Positions 22,880-32,364 are shown, counted from the first letter of the stretch. The stretch is DNA of 64,000 nucleotides from an uncultured virus (IMG/VR IMGVR_UViG_2061766007_000892) (IMGVR_UViG_2061766007_000892), one strand, 5' to 3'. Numbers and translations are program-made. The notes: generated by a model not told the origin, from the letters alone.

Positions 22880-23455
22880 TCACCCCAGATTTTGAAAACC
22901 TGACCCATTGTAATAATAAGGATTACATAATACCCAATTTGTGCCATCATAGTAATAGGCGTTACAATTTTCCCACGCATTATCATGATAATAATGGATT
23001 GGATTAATTGTTTCATATGTAGCAGTTACTGTAATTGGTTGATCTGATGTGCCTCTAAAATACAATAAATTACTACTTGCATCAGCAGGACTATATTTTA
23101 TATAACGATTTTGAAGACCTGAACGCACAGCAGCCGCCNNNNNNNNNNNNNNNNNNNNNTAAGTTTTATTAACAACATTTCCACTAAAAGCATATGTTTG
23201 TGTGCCCATAGCTATACTAGTACCATTATTCCAGTTTAAAGTGGCTGTAATATTTGTACTAGTAGATTTGTTACGAGAGTGATAAGCTCTATAAGTTAAT
23301 TGAGTTACTTTTGCGGCTTGTAAATATGTTGTATTAGATATAACATTAAAATTGCCATAAGTATTATAATTATTACCAGTAGCTTCATGACTTCCGCCTG
23401 TATTTGTGCAAGTTGTATTACTTCTTCCTGTTACTTGCCAGCTTGTTGTTGCCAT
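22880..23455 (-). CDS. Thr/Asn-rich beta-structured protein, possibly a virion appendage
   Basis: C-terminal YY.G..W repeats; GGAGG RBS. Confidence 0.6.
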   Translation of the reverse strand: MATTSWQVTGRSNTTCTNTGGSHEATGNNYNTYGNFNVISNTTYLQAAKVTQLTYRAYHSRNKSTSTNITATLNWNNGTSIAMGTQTYAFSGNVVNKTXXXXXXXXAAAVRSGLQNRYIKYSPADASSNLLYFRGTSDQPITVTATYETINPIHYYHDNAWENCNAYYYDGTNWVLCNPYYYNGSGFQNLG

Positions 23456-23458
23456 TTA

Positions 23459-23743
23459 TTATTCCTCCTTCCAATTTATTTCATAATAATTTTGGACTTT
23501 ACCAGACGCATATGTTGTAACAGATATATCAGTAGCATAATGAACATTAAAACCTAATGTTCGTAATGCCTTAATTGTAGTAGTATAGTCCAGGGTTAGA
23601 TTTAGGGAGTAGTGGCCCTGTTGTGCAGCTGCAATAATTTTATCCTTGGCATTTTCAAATTCTTTTTTTTCTAATTCATGTTGAGAATAATGAGCAAGTT
23701 TACGCATACCTATTGCGGTAAAACTTATTACACCGTTTTCCAT
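23459..23743 (-). CDS. hypothetical protein
   Basis: IIAAAQQGHY...LGF, resembles the neighbouring gene. Confidence 0.6.
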   Translation of the reverse strand: MENGVISFTAIGMRKLAHYSQHELEKKEFENAKDKIIAAAQQGHYSLNLTLDYTTTIKALRTLGFNVHYATDISVTTYASGKVQNYYEINWKEE

Positions 23744-24009
23744 TTTACAATTCTTCCTCCACCACATGATTCAGTTTCAAATCCCAAATCTTGTTCTAAC
23801 CACTCAACTGTATCCGATGATACCCAATCAATAAAAGTTTGAAATTTTCCTTGATTTGCGGCTTCGCGTATTCGCCGCATAACGATAGGGCGCTCTAATG
23901 ATGAAATTGCTTCCATCGCAATATCATTAGCTTCAGCCGCGCAAATTTCTTCTTGGTTAGTATTTTCATTAAATCGTACTAACACATTATTTAATTCTTC
24001 ACAAATCAT
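23728..24009 (-). CDS. hypothetical protein
   Basis: IREAANQGKF...LGF; has its own promoter. Confidence 0.65.
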   Translation of the reverse strand: MICEELNNVLVRFNENTNQEEICAAEANDIAMEAISSLERPIVMRRIREAANQGKFQTFIDWVSSDTVEWLEQDLGFETESCGGGRIVKWKTV

Positions 24010-24089
24010 ATACTACCTCCATTTTTCTTTATTATAACACGAAATTTCGGGAAAGTCAAATACCCAACTCATTCCTAAATCATCATTTC

Positions 24090-24335
24090 CAAATAAAATG
24101 AAATTTCGTNNNNNNNNNNNNNNNNNNNNNNNNNNNNNNNNNNNNNNNNNNNNNNNNNNNNNNNNNNNNNNNNNNNNNNNNNNNNNNGGTATAATTTCAG
24201 GACAAATGAAAATGAAATTTTAAAATGAAATTACGGGAAAAAATGAAATTGAAATTCCAGCCGCGAGTTTTAGGGAAAATGAAAATGAAATTCCAGTTCT
24301 AAAAATGAAATTGAAATGAAAATGAAATTACAATT
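24090..24335. repeat. AAATGAAA(T/A) direct-repeat cluster
   Basis: Many copies of aaatgaaa visible on both sides of the N-run. Confidence 0.85.
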
Positions 24336-24517
24336 ATAAGGAATAAGTNNNNNNNNNNNNNNNNNNNNNNNNNNNGCGCGAATTGTCAAGTTTGAATAAA
24401 ATTATTTGTATAAACTATACAAAACCGCAAACTTTGGAATAAAAAGAAAGGAGATAGGTTTCCAGCAGAATACATCCTAGTAAATAAAAGACAGGAAAGA
24501 AAGTAATCTAATGTAAT

Positions 24518-24627
24518 AAGTAGGGAGTAATATGGGGCGAATGGTAGGGCACGAAAAATTTGGTAGGGAAAATTTTGGTAGGGTAGTGTAGGTAGGGCAA
24601 AAGGTAGGGGTGTAGTAGATGGTAGTG
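24518..24627. repeat. G(G)TAGG(G) repeat cluster
   Basis: At least 6 copies of gtagg(g). Confidence 0.8.
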
Positions 24628-24716
24628 CGCCAAATTTCTACTTTTGTCAAATATTTGACTTTTAAAATTAAAAAATAGTTTTTACCTTATTTTCAAGCAA
24701 ACACTACCATTTGAAG

Positions 24717-24778
24717 ACTTGAAAAAAAACGAGTCCGGGGGTGTATATAGACACCCCCGGACCCAAATTTTTTCAAGT
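24717..24778. repeat. 62-bp imperfect palindrome
   Basis: ACTTGAAAAAA..GTCCGGGGGTGT-ATATAG-ACACCCCCGGAC..TTTTTTCAAGT; ungapped, 4 mismatched pairs. Confidence 0.9.
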
Positions 24779-24792
24779 GATTTTTACTACAG

Positions 24793-26043
24793 TCAAGTAC
24801 TTGACTTTTCTGAAATTATATGTCCATAGTTTATTCCTGTTCCAGTTTGTGTAATTGTATAGAATGGTTCTAAATCTTTTTTAAGTGAAGTCCACTTTTT
24901 AGGATACCCTATTTCTTTAATAAGTTGTTCTTTATCTTCTTTGGTTAGTCGTCTGTTTAGATACCCAGTGGGTAAATTCCATTTTGTGTTAGCTACTTCT
25001 TCTCTGGCTAGCTGCTTACGAGTAGTGCGCTTTTCATTTGTAGCGGCTTNNNNNNNNNNNNNNNNNNNNNNNNNNNNNNNNNNNNNTTTGCGCCCAGGGA
25101 ATTGAATTTGAATATCTTTGTTTCCGCTATGAACAATTACGATTTGAACATTATCATCCATAAGATTCCAGCCTGTGGCATAGGCTTCGGTAGCTATGAT
25201 GTCATCTATGTCTTGTGGATAAGCATGTTGTTGCTGTAGATATTGGATTGTATCTAACTGTCCCCCGGTTAAGGTTTTTGTTGAGTGTTTAGACCAAATA
25301 CACATTACTTTGCGTCCAGTGTTTTCTTTAATTTCGCGCGCGAATTGTTCTGCGAGTTCTATGGTGGGTGCGAAGATAAGGCGTTTGACTTCTGGGTTTG
25401 CGGCAAGTAGTGTATGGACGTTGGTGTAGGAGTATTTCTGGAATACTTCATAGGCCATCAACTGTTCCTGGATTTGGATTTCATTGATGTAAGATTTCAG
25501 TCGTGGCCATTTTTCTAAATTATCGGCAGTAGCAGTGAGACCAAACCACCAAATGCCTTGTAGTTCTGCCCAGTGAAGAAGAGTATCTATGGCTACATAA
25601 GAAAGTGATTCATGCGCGAGCAGTAGGCAAATAACATCTCGGTCACTTTCTGGATTACGACGCCAGATGTTAGCTTCATCTATTCTTACATATTTAATTA
25701 GATTATGGATTTCATCACATGCGATATAATCAAACATGGATGCGCTGATTTCACCGCGCTTAACCATTGCGGCGAATTTTTGATAGTTTAGTATATAAGG
25801 TTTATCCAGCTTCTCGCCCCACATTTGACATTCGTCAAGTGCTATTTTTTCTTCTTCGCCCATTGTGGTGTCAATGAGGATAAGACATCGTTGTGGTTGC
25901 ATGCCTAGCTGTTCTGGAATAGTATGGACCGCGGCAGTTGTTTTACCCTGGCCAGTCTGCGCTACCAAAAGATTAAGACGCCCGCGTTGATACTGTGGTT
26001 TTTCCAAGGTTAGGGCGTCGGATAAATGTAAGCCTTCTTTCAT
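24793..26043 (-). CDS. superfamily 2 DExH helicase-like protein
   Basis: AQTGQGKTT (I), DEIH (II), GLTAT (III), IATEAYATGWN (V), QFPGR (VI). Confidence 0.85.
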   Translation of the reverse strand: MKEGLHLSDALTLEKPQYQRGRLNLLVAQTGQGKTTAAVHTIPEQLGMQPQRCLILIDTTMGEEEKIALDECQMWGEKLDKPYILNYQKFAAMVKRGEISASMFDYIACDEIHNLIKYVRIDEANIWRRNPESDRDVICLLLAHESLSYVAIDTLLHWAELQGIWWFGLTATADNLEKWPRLKSYINEIQIQEQLMAYEVFQKYSYTNVHTLLAANPEVKRLIFAPTIELAEQFAREIKENTGRKVMCIWSKHSTKTLTGGQLDTIQYLQQQHAYPQDIDDIIATEAYATGWNLMDDNVQIVIVHSGNKDIQIQFPGRKXXXXXXXXXXXXXAATNEKRTTRKQLAREEVANTKWNLPTGYLNRRLTKEDKEQLIKEIGYPKKWTSLKKDLEPFYTITQTGTGINYGHIISEKSST

Positions 26044-26258
26044 TGTATTTCACCTGTTTCAAAATTTATGTAATGGTCAAATTGAAAATTATCTGGTAAC
26101 AGTTTATATCCAAAAGATTCTGGCGTAGCGTTATCATCCCAGCTTTTAGCCCAGTCTTTAATATAGTTATCTGAATAACACACATACATCTTTTTTCCTT
26201 TATAACCAATTCCAGCTTGTCCTCCAATATATCCTTTTTCTGAAATTATATAATACAT
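26040..26258 (-). CDS. hypothetical protein
   Basis: GGAGG RBS; ATGA overlap with the helicase gene. Confidence 0.65.
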   Translation of the reverse strand: MYYIISEKGYIGGQAGIGYKGKKMYVCYSDNYIKDWAKSWDDNATPESFGYKLLPDNFQFDHYINFETGEIQ

Positions 26259-26361
26259 TTTTTCGCGCCTCCGTTTTTTTATTTTCTCAAAAGAAAAGNN
26301 NNNNNNNNNNNNNNNNNNNNNNNNNNNNNNNNNNNNNNNNNNNNNNNNNNNNNNNNNNNNN

Positions 26362-26436
26362 CCAGAAAATTTCCAGCTTGCCCAGCTTCCAGCTCGCGGG
26401 CCGGTTTTCCAGCTGGTCCGTTCGTATCCAGCTTGC
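26362..26436. repeat. CCAGCT repeats (5 copies) around the first GGCCGG core
   Basis: ccagcttgcccagcttccagctcgcgggccggttttccagctgg...ccagctt. Confidence 0.75.
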
Positions 26437-26786
26437 CACGCAATATAACCCCTCCTTATCCTTTCTAAAATAATTATAACATAAATTTATAGTATAGTCA
26501 AATAGTAGGCTTTACCACTTTACCATGCTAAAGTGTGAACTTAACCTAAACTTAACACAAAAATGCTTGATTCTTAACATAAAGTGTGCTATACTGAAGA
26601 GGGGAAGTCCGAAGTCCGAAAAAGTTAGTTTATATTAACTAACCGAGTTAGTTGCGACTAACTATTGCCTCCCCCCGATATTATACCATAGTGGTGTTAA
26701 GATTTGGGGAGTGTTTATGTTGACTTTTTGTTAAATTTCGGGCCGGGTAATTCCTTAACATAGAGTTTACACTATTAACGCGGAGT

Positions 26787-27017
26787 TTACACTCCGCGTC
26801 TTTCTTTTTGTAACTCGGCATATCGCCGCATAATTCTGAAGCACTTGATGGTGTGGATGATGGGGCAAAAGTGGATGTAAAGGAACTGACCAAACGGCAT
26901 CAGCAGAACCTTGCCATCGCGGAAAAAGGTCGTAAAGAAGGCAGTGCCCCAGAACCAGAGCATAAACAGGGACGAGGTGAGCCAAACGGACAGAGCGACT
27001 TCAATGATGAACTTCAT
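26787..27017 (-). CDS. small membrane protein, paralog A
   Basis: VALSVW...YIHFCPIIHTIKCF. Confidence 0.75.
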   Translation of the reverse strand: MKFIIEVALSVWLTSSLFMLWFWGTAFFTTFFRDGKVLLMPFGQFLYIHFCPIIHTIKCFRIMRRYAELQKERRGV

Positions 27018-27097
27018 TAAGTGTATTCCCCTTTCGTTTCTTGTATATATATAATACCATATCCTATTGTTAAGAAGCAACATATTTAAGGTAAAGT

Positions 27098-27310
27098 TTA
27101 ATGGCGTATGAGATTTTGTATTACCTTAAAGCATTTGTAAGTGTTAACAATGGGGCAGAAGTGATAATACATAAACTTAACAAAGGAAAAGTTCGGCAGC
27201 GGCTCCTCTATTGTAAGAGCAAGCAGGGCGTTATGAATAGAAAAGTAAATCATAAACATAGCAGAAGTAGTCCAGACAAGCAGAGCAACTTTAACAATAA
27301 GATTGAACAT
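27098..27310 (-). CDS. small membrane protein, paralog B
   Basis: VALLVW...YYHFCPIVNTYKCF. Confidence 0.75.
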   Translation of the reverse strand: MFNLIVKVALLVWTTSAMFMIYFSIHNALLALTIEEPLPNFSFVKFMYYHFCPIVNTYKCFKVIQNLIRH

Positions 27311-27437
27311 GGCGGCAAACCCCTTTCGTTTTCTGTATATATAATATCACATTTGACTGTTAAGAAGCAACAGAGTTTGGGTAAAGTTTGTGTAAAGTTG
27401 CTGGCCGGCCCGTTTCTTAACATAAAATTAACGACCA

Positions 27438-27629
27438 TCAAAGATGGTCGTTAGAATGTATTTGATAGGGAATGGTGGTTTCAGTATATTCATATACATC
27501 TTCCCAATGCCAATCATTATCACAGTCGTGACAGTGCGCTTCATAAGTAGCATATACTTTGCTGTCATATTCCTCAAAATCCACAAAAACCACATCTTCA
27601 AAGGTCTTACCACAATTAGGGCACTTCAT
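27438..27629 (-). CDS. acidic Zn-ribbon protein
   Basis: CPNCG...CHDC; AAGGAG RBS. Confidence 0.75.
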   Translation of the reverse strand: MKCPNCGKTFEDVVFVDFEEYDSKVYATYEAHCHDCDNDWHWEDVYEYTETTIPYQIHSNDHL

Positions 27630-27648
27630 AGATTATTCATTCTCCTTA

Positions 27649-27873
27649 TTATTCACAATCGGCATCCATTATGTCATAGAGTATTTCCATCCAATAGGCT
27701 TTACCATCTTTGGTCGTAATTGTATATCTATAATTATCTTCTTCCATATAAGATACAACGTCATCATCTTCAATGACAAAGTTTTCAATCGCTTTGCGGG
27801 CGTTAAGAACGCTGGAATACGTGCCGAAAAACATGTTGTTAAAGTAATTAGAAATTACAACCCAAGTCACCAT
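27649..27873 (-). CDS. hypothetical protein
   Basis: Own promoter and RBS. Confidence 0.7.
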   Translation of the reverse strand: MVTWVVISNYFNNMFFGTYSSVLNARKAIENFVIEDDDVVSYMEEDNYRYTITTKDGKAYWMEILYDIMDADCE

Positions 27874-28003
27874 ATTGTGCTGCCCCTTTCGTTTCTTTCT
27901 GTATATAGTATACTCCCTATTGAATGAAAAGTCAAGTTAAGATTTGGTTAAGTTCTGGCCGGCCCGAAAATTAACATAGAGTTAACCTTCGGGAGGAAGG
28001 GGA

Positions 28004-28339
28004 TTACTCCCCTTCCTTTTCTGCCTTGGCGGCTTCCCTCTTGGCGCGATCCTTCGCGGCCTTTTCGGCACGCTCGGCGGCACGCTTCGCCTTGGCTTCC
28101 TGCTTCGCGTTGTAGTCCGCGATTTCGGACGCCATCAGTTCATCCGCGGTTACGTCCTCGCGTTCCTCAGCCACAATCACGCCGACGCGAGCGTAGCGGC
28201 GAGTGCCGTTCACGTCCTCAACGATGCAACCATACTGGCGGTCGTTGATCTTGTGGAAGCCTTCAATGTTGGCGACGTTCAGAGCGGAGAAGATAGCGGT
28301 GCGGATGTTGGAATCAACGATAGCCTTGCTGATACGCAT
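28004..28339 (-). CDS. K/A/E-rich-tail family protein 1
   Basis: Own promoter and conserved leader hairpin; tail AKAKRAAERAEKAAK. Confidence 0.85.
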   Translation of the reverse strand: MRISKAIVDSNIRTAIFSALNVANIEGFHKINDRQYGCIVEDVNGTRRYARVGVIVAEEREDVTADELMASEIADYNAKQEAKAKRAAERAEKAAKDRAKREAAKAEKEGE

Positions 28340-28444
28340 AGTATTTACCCTTTCTGGTGTTTGGGATTTTCCTTTCCCTTTCTTGATTATATTATAGCAG
28401 AACTGAAGGGAGAAGTCAAGTTAAGTGTCAGTAAATTTTATGGT

Positions 28445-28510
28445 TAATTTTCTTTGCTATTGGAGTGCCAATACNNNNNNNNNNTTGTAAGTGTTTTCCT
28501 TCACTTCTTG
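28445..28510 (-). ncRNA. candidate short ORF-less transcript carrying the AAGGAAAA-loop hairpin
   Basis: TTGACA(28544-39)-17-TATAAT(28521-16), then AAGTG-AAGGAAAA-CACTT and a second hairpin TATTGG/CCAATA; contains a 10-nt N gap. Confidence 0.45.
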
Positions 28511-28540
28511 ATTATATTATATCACAGAGTTTGGGATTTG

Positions 28541-28696
28541 TCAAGTAAAGAATCGGTTAATTTTCTTTCTTGCCATGCGGCGGAGTTTGCGGCGGAGATT
28601 GCGCTGGTTCTTGTTATTGGAGATAAAACGGCGGCAACCCGCGTTCAAATCCCATGCCATAGTCTCGCGATCAATGCGCTTGTAGAGTGCTTTCAT
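28541..28696 (-). CDS. small basic protein
   Basis: Own promoter and RBS; R/K-rich. Confidence 0.7.
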   Translation of the reverse strand: MKALYKRIDRETMAWDLNAGCRRFISNNKNQRNLRRKLRRMARKKINRFFT

Positions 28697-28816
28697 TTCC
28701 TTTCCCTCCTGACATATATAGTATAGCAGAAACGCCAAGCAAAGTCAATAGGTTTACAAAAACTTAACAAAACGGGCCGGGCGATTAATTAACGAAAAAT
28801 TAACGCGGAATCCGCG

Positions 28817-29083
28817 TTAATGTTCTACTCGTTTAATGCGCCAAAACCAATTCCAAGGTTCTTGACTCAAAGAAGGTTTAATAGTGCGCCAATAATAACC
28901 AACTTTCATTCCTTTGAATACCAAGTGGCCATTTTCGCGAACGTGAGAATGGTAGACAATAAAGCCAATATGCCTGTTGTCTTGTTCTACCAGTCGATAC
29001 AAATCTTCTCGGACATCTTCGGGGAGATCTTCGGGACGATACCAACCCAGTTTGTGCGTTTTGCAATACTCTTTGAAAGTCAT
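28817..29083 (-). CDS. hypothetical protein
   Basis: Own promoter and RBS. Confidence 0.75.
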   Translation of the reverse strand: MTFKEYCKTHKLGWYRPEDLPEDVREDLYRLVEQDNRHIGFIVYHSHVRENGHLVFKGMKVGYYWRTIKPSLSQEPWNWFWRIKRVEH

Positions 29084-29195
29084 ATTGTTTTTACCCCTTT
29101 CTTTTTTCTATATATATTATACTCCCACATTTGAGAAAAGTCAAGTAAAGATTTTGTTAACTACAGGCCCGGCCCGACTTTTAACACAAAATTAA

Positions 29196-29217
29196 TAGAG
29201 GGCTTTCGCCCTCTATT
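29196..29217 (-). terminator. hairpin terminator-like
   Basis: AATAGAGGGC-TTTC-GCCCTCTATT (overlapping arms) directly after the stop codon. Confidence 0.7.
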
Positions 29218-29607
29218 TTACCGCAGGGTGTAGGTGTTAGCCTTCCCCTTGGCTTCGGTCTTTACAATCTCGTCCGCCAGTTCGTGGAGCAGAATATACT
29301 GCACCTTGGCGCTAGTGAAATCTTTGGGAAGCGCATCGGCGCAACGCTCAAAGATTTCCTTGGCGGTGCCGCCTTCAGTCAGAGCATCACGCAGGATGGG
29401 GAGAACCTGCGCCATCAGCACAGCGCGCTCATTAGCACGCTTAGCCTTAGCCCTCGCCTTAGTGTCCTCGCTGACCTTGCGCGGCTTCGCGATCTGGTCG
29501 CGAATCTTCGTGAGGACTTCCACCACTTCGGTGGGGTTCTCAATGTCCATGGGGATGGAGTTGATAGCAATGTTCAGAGCGTCAACGCGGGTGATGGTGT
29601 TCTTCAT
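29218..29607 (-). CDS. winged-helix-like family protein 1
   Basis: TAKEIFERCADALPKDFTSAKVQYILLHELADEIVK...NTY. Confidence 0.8.
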   Translation of the reverse strand: MKNTITRVDALNIAINSIPMDIENPTEVVEVLTKIRDQIAKPRKVSEDTKARAKAKRANERAVLMAQVLPILRDALTEGGTAKEIFERCADALPKDFTSAKVQYILLHELADEIVKTEAKGKANTYTLR

Positions 29608-29708
29608 AATGTTTCCCTTTCTGGTTTTTAGGACTTTTCCTTGTCCTCTTGATGTATTTATTATATCAGATTCCCAACCGTTTGTCAAGTTAAGATTCTG
29701 TTATAATC

Positions 29709-29769
29709 TGGTGGAGCGAGGGGGAGTCGAACCCCTCTCACCGATCAGCAGGTGCTCTGCTCTCGCCCC
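29709..29769 (-). ncRNA. 61-nt tRNA-like RNA (acceptor stem with G3.U70-equivalent pair, T-arm, ACCA end, no D-arm)
   Basis: GGGGCGA...GGGGTTCGACTCCCCC TCGCTCC A CCA; own TTGACA-17-TATAAT promoter at 29809-29781. Confidence 0.7.
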
Positions 29770-29825
29770 TTGATGTATTCATTATATCACGTTTGTGATG
29801 TAATGTCAAGTTAAGAGTTTGTTAA

Positions 29826-29910
29826 GTCGGTTTTAGGTGGCCGATCAACTGTTGCATGTTTCTAATTACCACAACGCGCTTGCGCCTGCGCGCTCCCGTT
29901 TCCCTCACCA
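29826..29910 (-). ncRNA. candidate small RNA
   Basis: Promoter 29947-29919; GC-rich; no ORF with an RBS before the next promoter. Confidence 0.5.
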
Positions 29911-30076
29911 ACAAATATAGTATAGCAGAAATCGCGGTGAAAGTCAATACTTTGGCGTGTAAAGATTATGTTAAATCGCGGGCCGGGTGATTACTTAACA
30001 AATATTTTACATTACCCGGCCCGAGTTAGTCCTGGCTAACTCGCTCATAAAAAGAAAAGGGCTTGCGCCCTTTTCC

Positions 30077-30473
30077 TTATTCCGCAAGGCGATAGGTGTT
30101 CGCCTTATTCTTGGTCTCGGTCTTGACGACCTCGTCCTTCATCTCACGCAGAAGGACAGCCTGAACCTTCGCGGCGGTGAAGTCCTGCGGCAGACGCTCC
30201 TGCGNNNNNNNNNNNNNNNNNNNNNNNNGTCATGTCAGCGGTCATGACATTGCGCAGAATCGGCACAACCTGCGCGCACATCTCGGCACGCTTCGCGGCG
30301 TTCTGCTCCTTGCGCTTCGCAGAAGCCTTCGCCTTGGAATCCTCGCTACGCTGGGAGCGCTTCGCAAGGGTCTCGCGCAGAGCAGTCAGACGCTCCGCAA
30401 CATCGGGCATGGTGTCCTTCATGGTGTCAATGGCGGTGGACAGAGCAACGGCGTAAGTCATGGTGTTCTTCAT
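30077..30473 (-). CDS. winged-helix-like family protein 2 (frame offset across N-run)
   Basis: 3' frame reads QERLPQDFTAAKVQAVLLREMKDEVVKTETKNKANTYRLAE*. Confidence 0.8.
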
Positions 30474-30569
30474 TTTGATTCCCTTTCTGGTTTGTGAGGT
30501 TTTCCTTCCTCTGTTGTGTATTCATTATAGCACGTTTTGTGCCTAATGTCAAGTTAAGAGTTTGTTAAG

Positions 30570-30705
30570 AGTTATTCCTTTTCGTTTCTCTTAACTACGC
30601 CTGCGGCTGTGCGCTTAGTGGGAACAGGCGGTCGTAAGTTGTGGGGAGTGCTTCGCGGGCGCCACGCGGTTGAGGGGCTATCCCCTGTTCCTGTCCTCTC
30701 AACAT
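30570..30705 (-). ncRNA. candidate structured small RNA (or leaderless 36-aa ORF)
   Basis: Promoter 30738-30710; GGAACAGG/CCTGTTCC long-range pairing. Confidence 0.5.
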
Positions 30706-30754
30706 CTTTATTATACCAGAGATTTTGTCGTTTGTCAAGTTAAGATTTTGTTAC

Positions 30755-30818
30755 GATTGGGAGGGATTCCGCCGCCACGGGACGCGCACGACGCGGTTTC
30801 CCTTTCCCCTCTCGACAT
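30755..30818 (-). ncRNA. candidate small RNA
   Basis: Promoter 30852-30824; GAGGG/CCCTC closing stem; no credible ORF. Confidence 0.5.
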
Positions 30819-30934
30819 ATATAATTATAGCGGAAGTTCTGCTCAAAGTCAAGTAATTATGAGACTATTTAACACAATCTTAACAAAGCGGGCCGGGCGA
30901 GTTTTTAACATAAAATTAAAGTAGCGGCGAACCG

Positions 30935-31213
30935 CTACTCAATTTCAATACTATAATGGTCATCAGGGCAGAACCAAACATCTTCATGTCCGTCAATATA
31001 ATTCCGTTCAGTGTTGGTAATGGTTAAATCAAAACCATTGCCAAGAATTGCGCCGATGGTCTGTTGAAGATTAGCCATCAATTCCTGCCGCAAAGTTTCA
31101 CGGCGTGCTTTCTTCTCATTTTCAACCTTGGTTTGACATGCTTTTGCAAGCGCTTCCAGTTCATTTAAGTTCAACAGAGAGAGATTGGTAATCATGCCGT
31201 CAAAAGTATTCAT
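30935..31213 (-). CDS. hypothetical protein
   Basis: Own promoter and RBS. Confidence 0.75.
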   Translation of the reverse strand: MNTFDGMITNLSLLNLNELEALAKACQTKVENEKKARRETLRQELMANLQQTIGAILGNGFDLTITNTERNYIDGHEDVWFCPDDHYSIEIE

Positions 31214-31277
31214 ATTGTTCTATTCCTTTCTTTTGATGTATTTATTATAGCATGGATTTAGAAGAAAGTCAAGTTAA

Positions 31278-31481
31278 TTATTCGTTAAGTCTATATTTTC
31301 CTTGCGGTTTAAATGGTTCATCATCAACAATAACTGGATAATCAGGAAATTTGAATAATCTCCAAAAGGAAAAACGCTTATAATTTTTAGACCAAATGCG
31401 GCCCAAATACCAATTGCCGAAAAGGTGAATAATGGGATAGCCAAAATCACGCAAACGCTGGATTCTTTCTTCACGATTCAT
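31278..31481 (-). CDS. hypothetical protein
   Basis: Own promoter, AAGGAG RBS. Confidence 0.7.
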   Translation of the reverse strand: MNREERIQRLRDFGYPIIHLFGNWYLGRIWSKNYKRFSFWRLFKFPDYPVIVDDEPFKPQGKYRLNE

Positions 31482-31609
31482 AAATGAAATCTCCTTTCCT
31501 TTTCTGCATATAGTATACATCAAATCAAGAATGAAGTCAAGTTAAATTTGTGTTAAATAACAAGCCGGCCCGAAATTTAACATACATTTAACAAAGAAGG
31601 AAGTAACGG

Positions 31610-32029
31610 TTACACCGTTACTTCCCTATCAAGATACTGGTTATCATCGTCTTTATCAATCGGCTGGGACACAAGAGCCTTAAAGCCTACCGTGTTAAGG
31701 TCTTTCACAACCTTGCGCGCGGTACGCTTGCGCTCCTTTTCCTTTTCGGCGCGCTCTGCCTTTTCCTTGCGCTTCGCCGCCTTATCTGCGCGGTCGGCAA
31801 GCGTCAACTTCCAATCATCGGCGGCGGCGTAACNNNNNNNNNNNNNNNNNNNNNNNNNNNNNNNNNNNNNNNNNNNNNNNNCAAACTTTTCGTTGCCTTC
31901 GCTGTCTACGACAGGCAGAGCCAGTTCGCTTGCGCTGATAGGGAGAATGTCGCTGATGGGGTTCACGGCGTCAATGATGGTCTTGAGAACACGGTTGCGG
32001 ATTTCAGTTTCAAGAGAAGCCTTACTCAT
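31610..32029 (-). CDS. K/A/E-rich-tail family protein 2
   Basis: Leader hairpin; AAADDWK...ADKAAKRKEKAERAEK. Confidence 0.8.
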   Translation of the reverse strand: MSKASLETEIRNRVLKTIIDAVNPISDILPISASELALPVVDSEGNEKFXXXXXXXXXXXXXXXXXYAAADDWKLTLADRADKAAKRKEKAERAEKEKERKRTARKVVKDLNTVGFKALVSQPIDKDDDNQYLDREVTV

Positions 32030-32104
32030 GGGCGTTAGTCCTTTCTGGTTTGTGGTGTTTTCCTTCACCTTCTGGATATAGTATAGCAGAGTCGGGAGAG
32101 GAAG

Positions 32105-32248
32105 TCAAGTTAAGAAATCGTTAATAATTTCTTCAAGATACAATTCATCGGGTGAAATGTCGCTGTATTCAATAGAAATAGAATTATCCTCGTTGCGCGT
32201 ATAAACGGTATGCGGGTTATTGGTGTCAACTTCAATGGTGATAATCAT
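32105..32248 (-). CDS. small acidic protein (47 aa)
   Basis: MIITIEVDTNNP...EEIINDFLT*; the stop codon lies within the next -35 box. Confidence 0.65.
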   Translation of the reverse strand: MIITIEVDTNNPHTVYTRNEDNSISIEYSDISPDELYLEEIINDFLT

Positions 32249-32364
32249 TTGACTTTCTCCTTTCATTTTCTATAATTATTATAACACAAATTTCAGAAAA
32301 AGTCAAGTAAATTTTTTGTTAAATCTCGGGCCGGGCAGAGTTAACACGGATTTAACAATCCGTG

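Noticed and set aside
29709..29769. Canonical tRNA gene or complete tmRNA
   Set aside because: It is only 61 nt, with no D-arm, no standard anticodon loop and no tag reading frame, so it is reported as tRNA-like instead.
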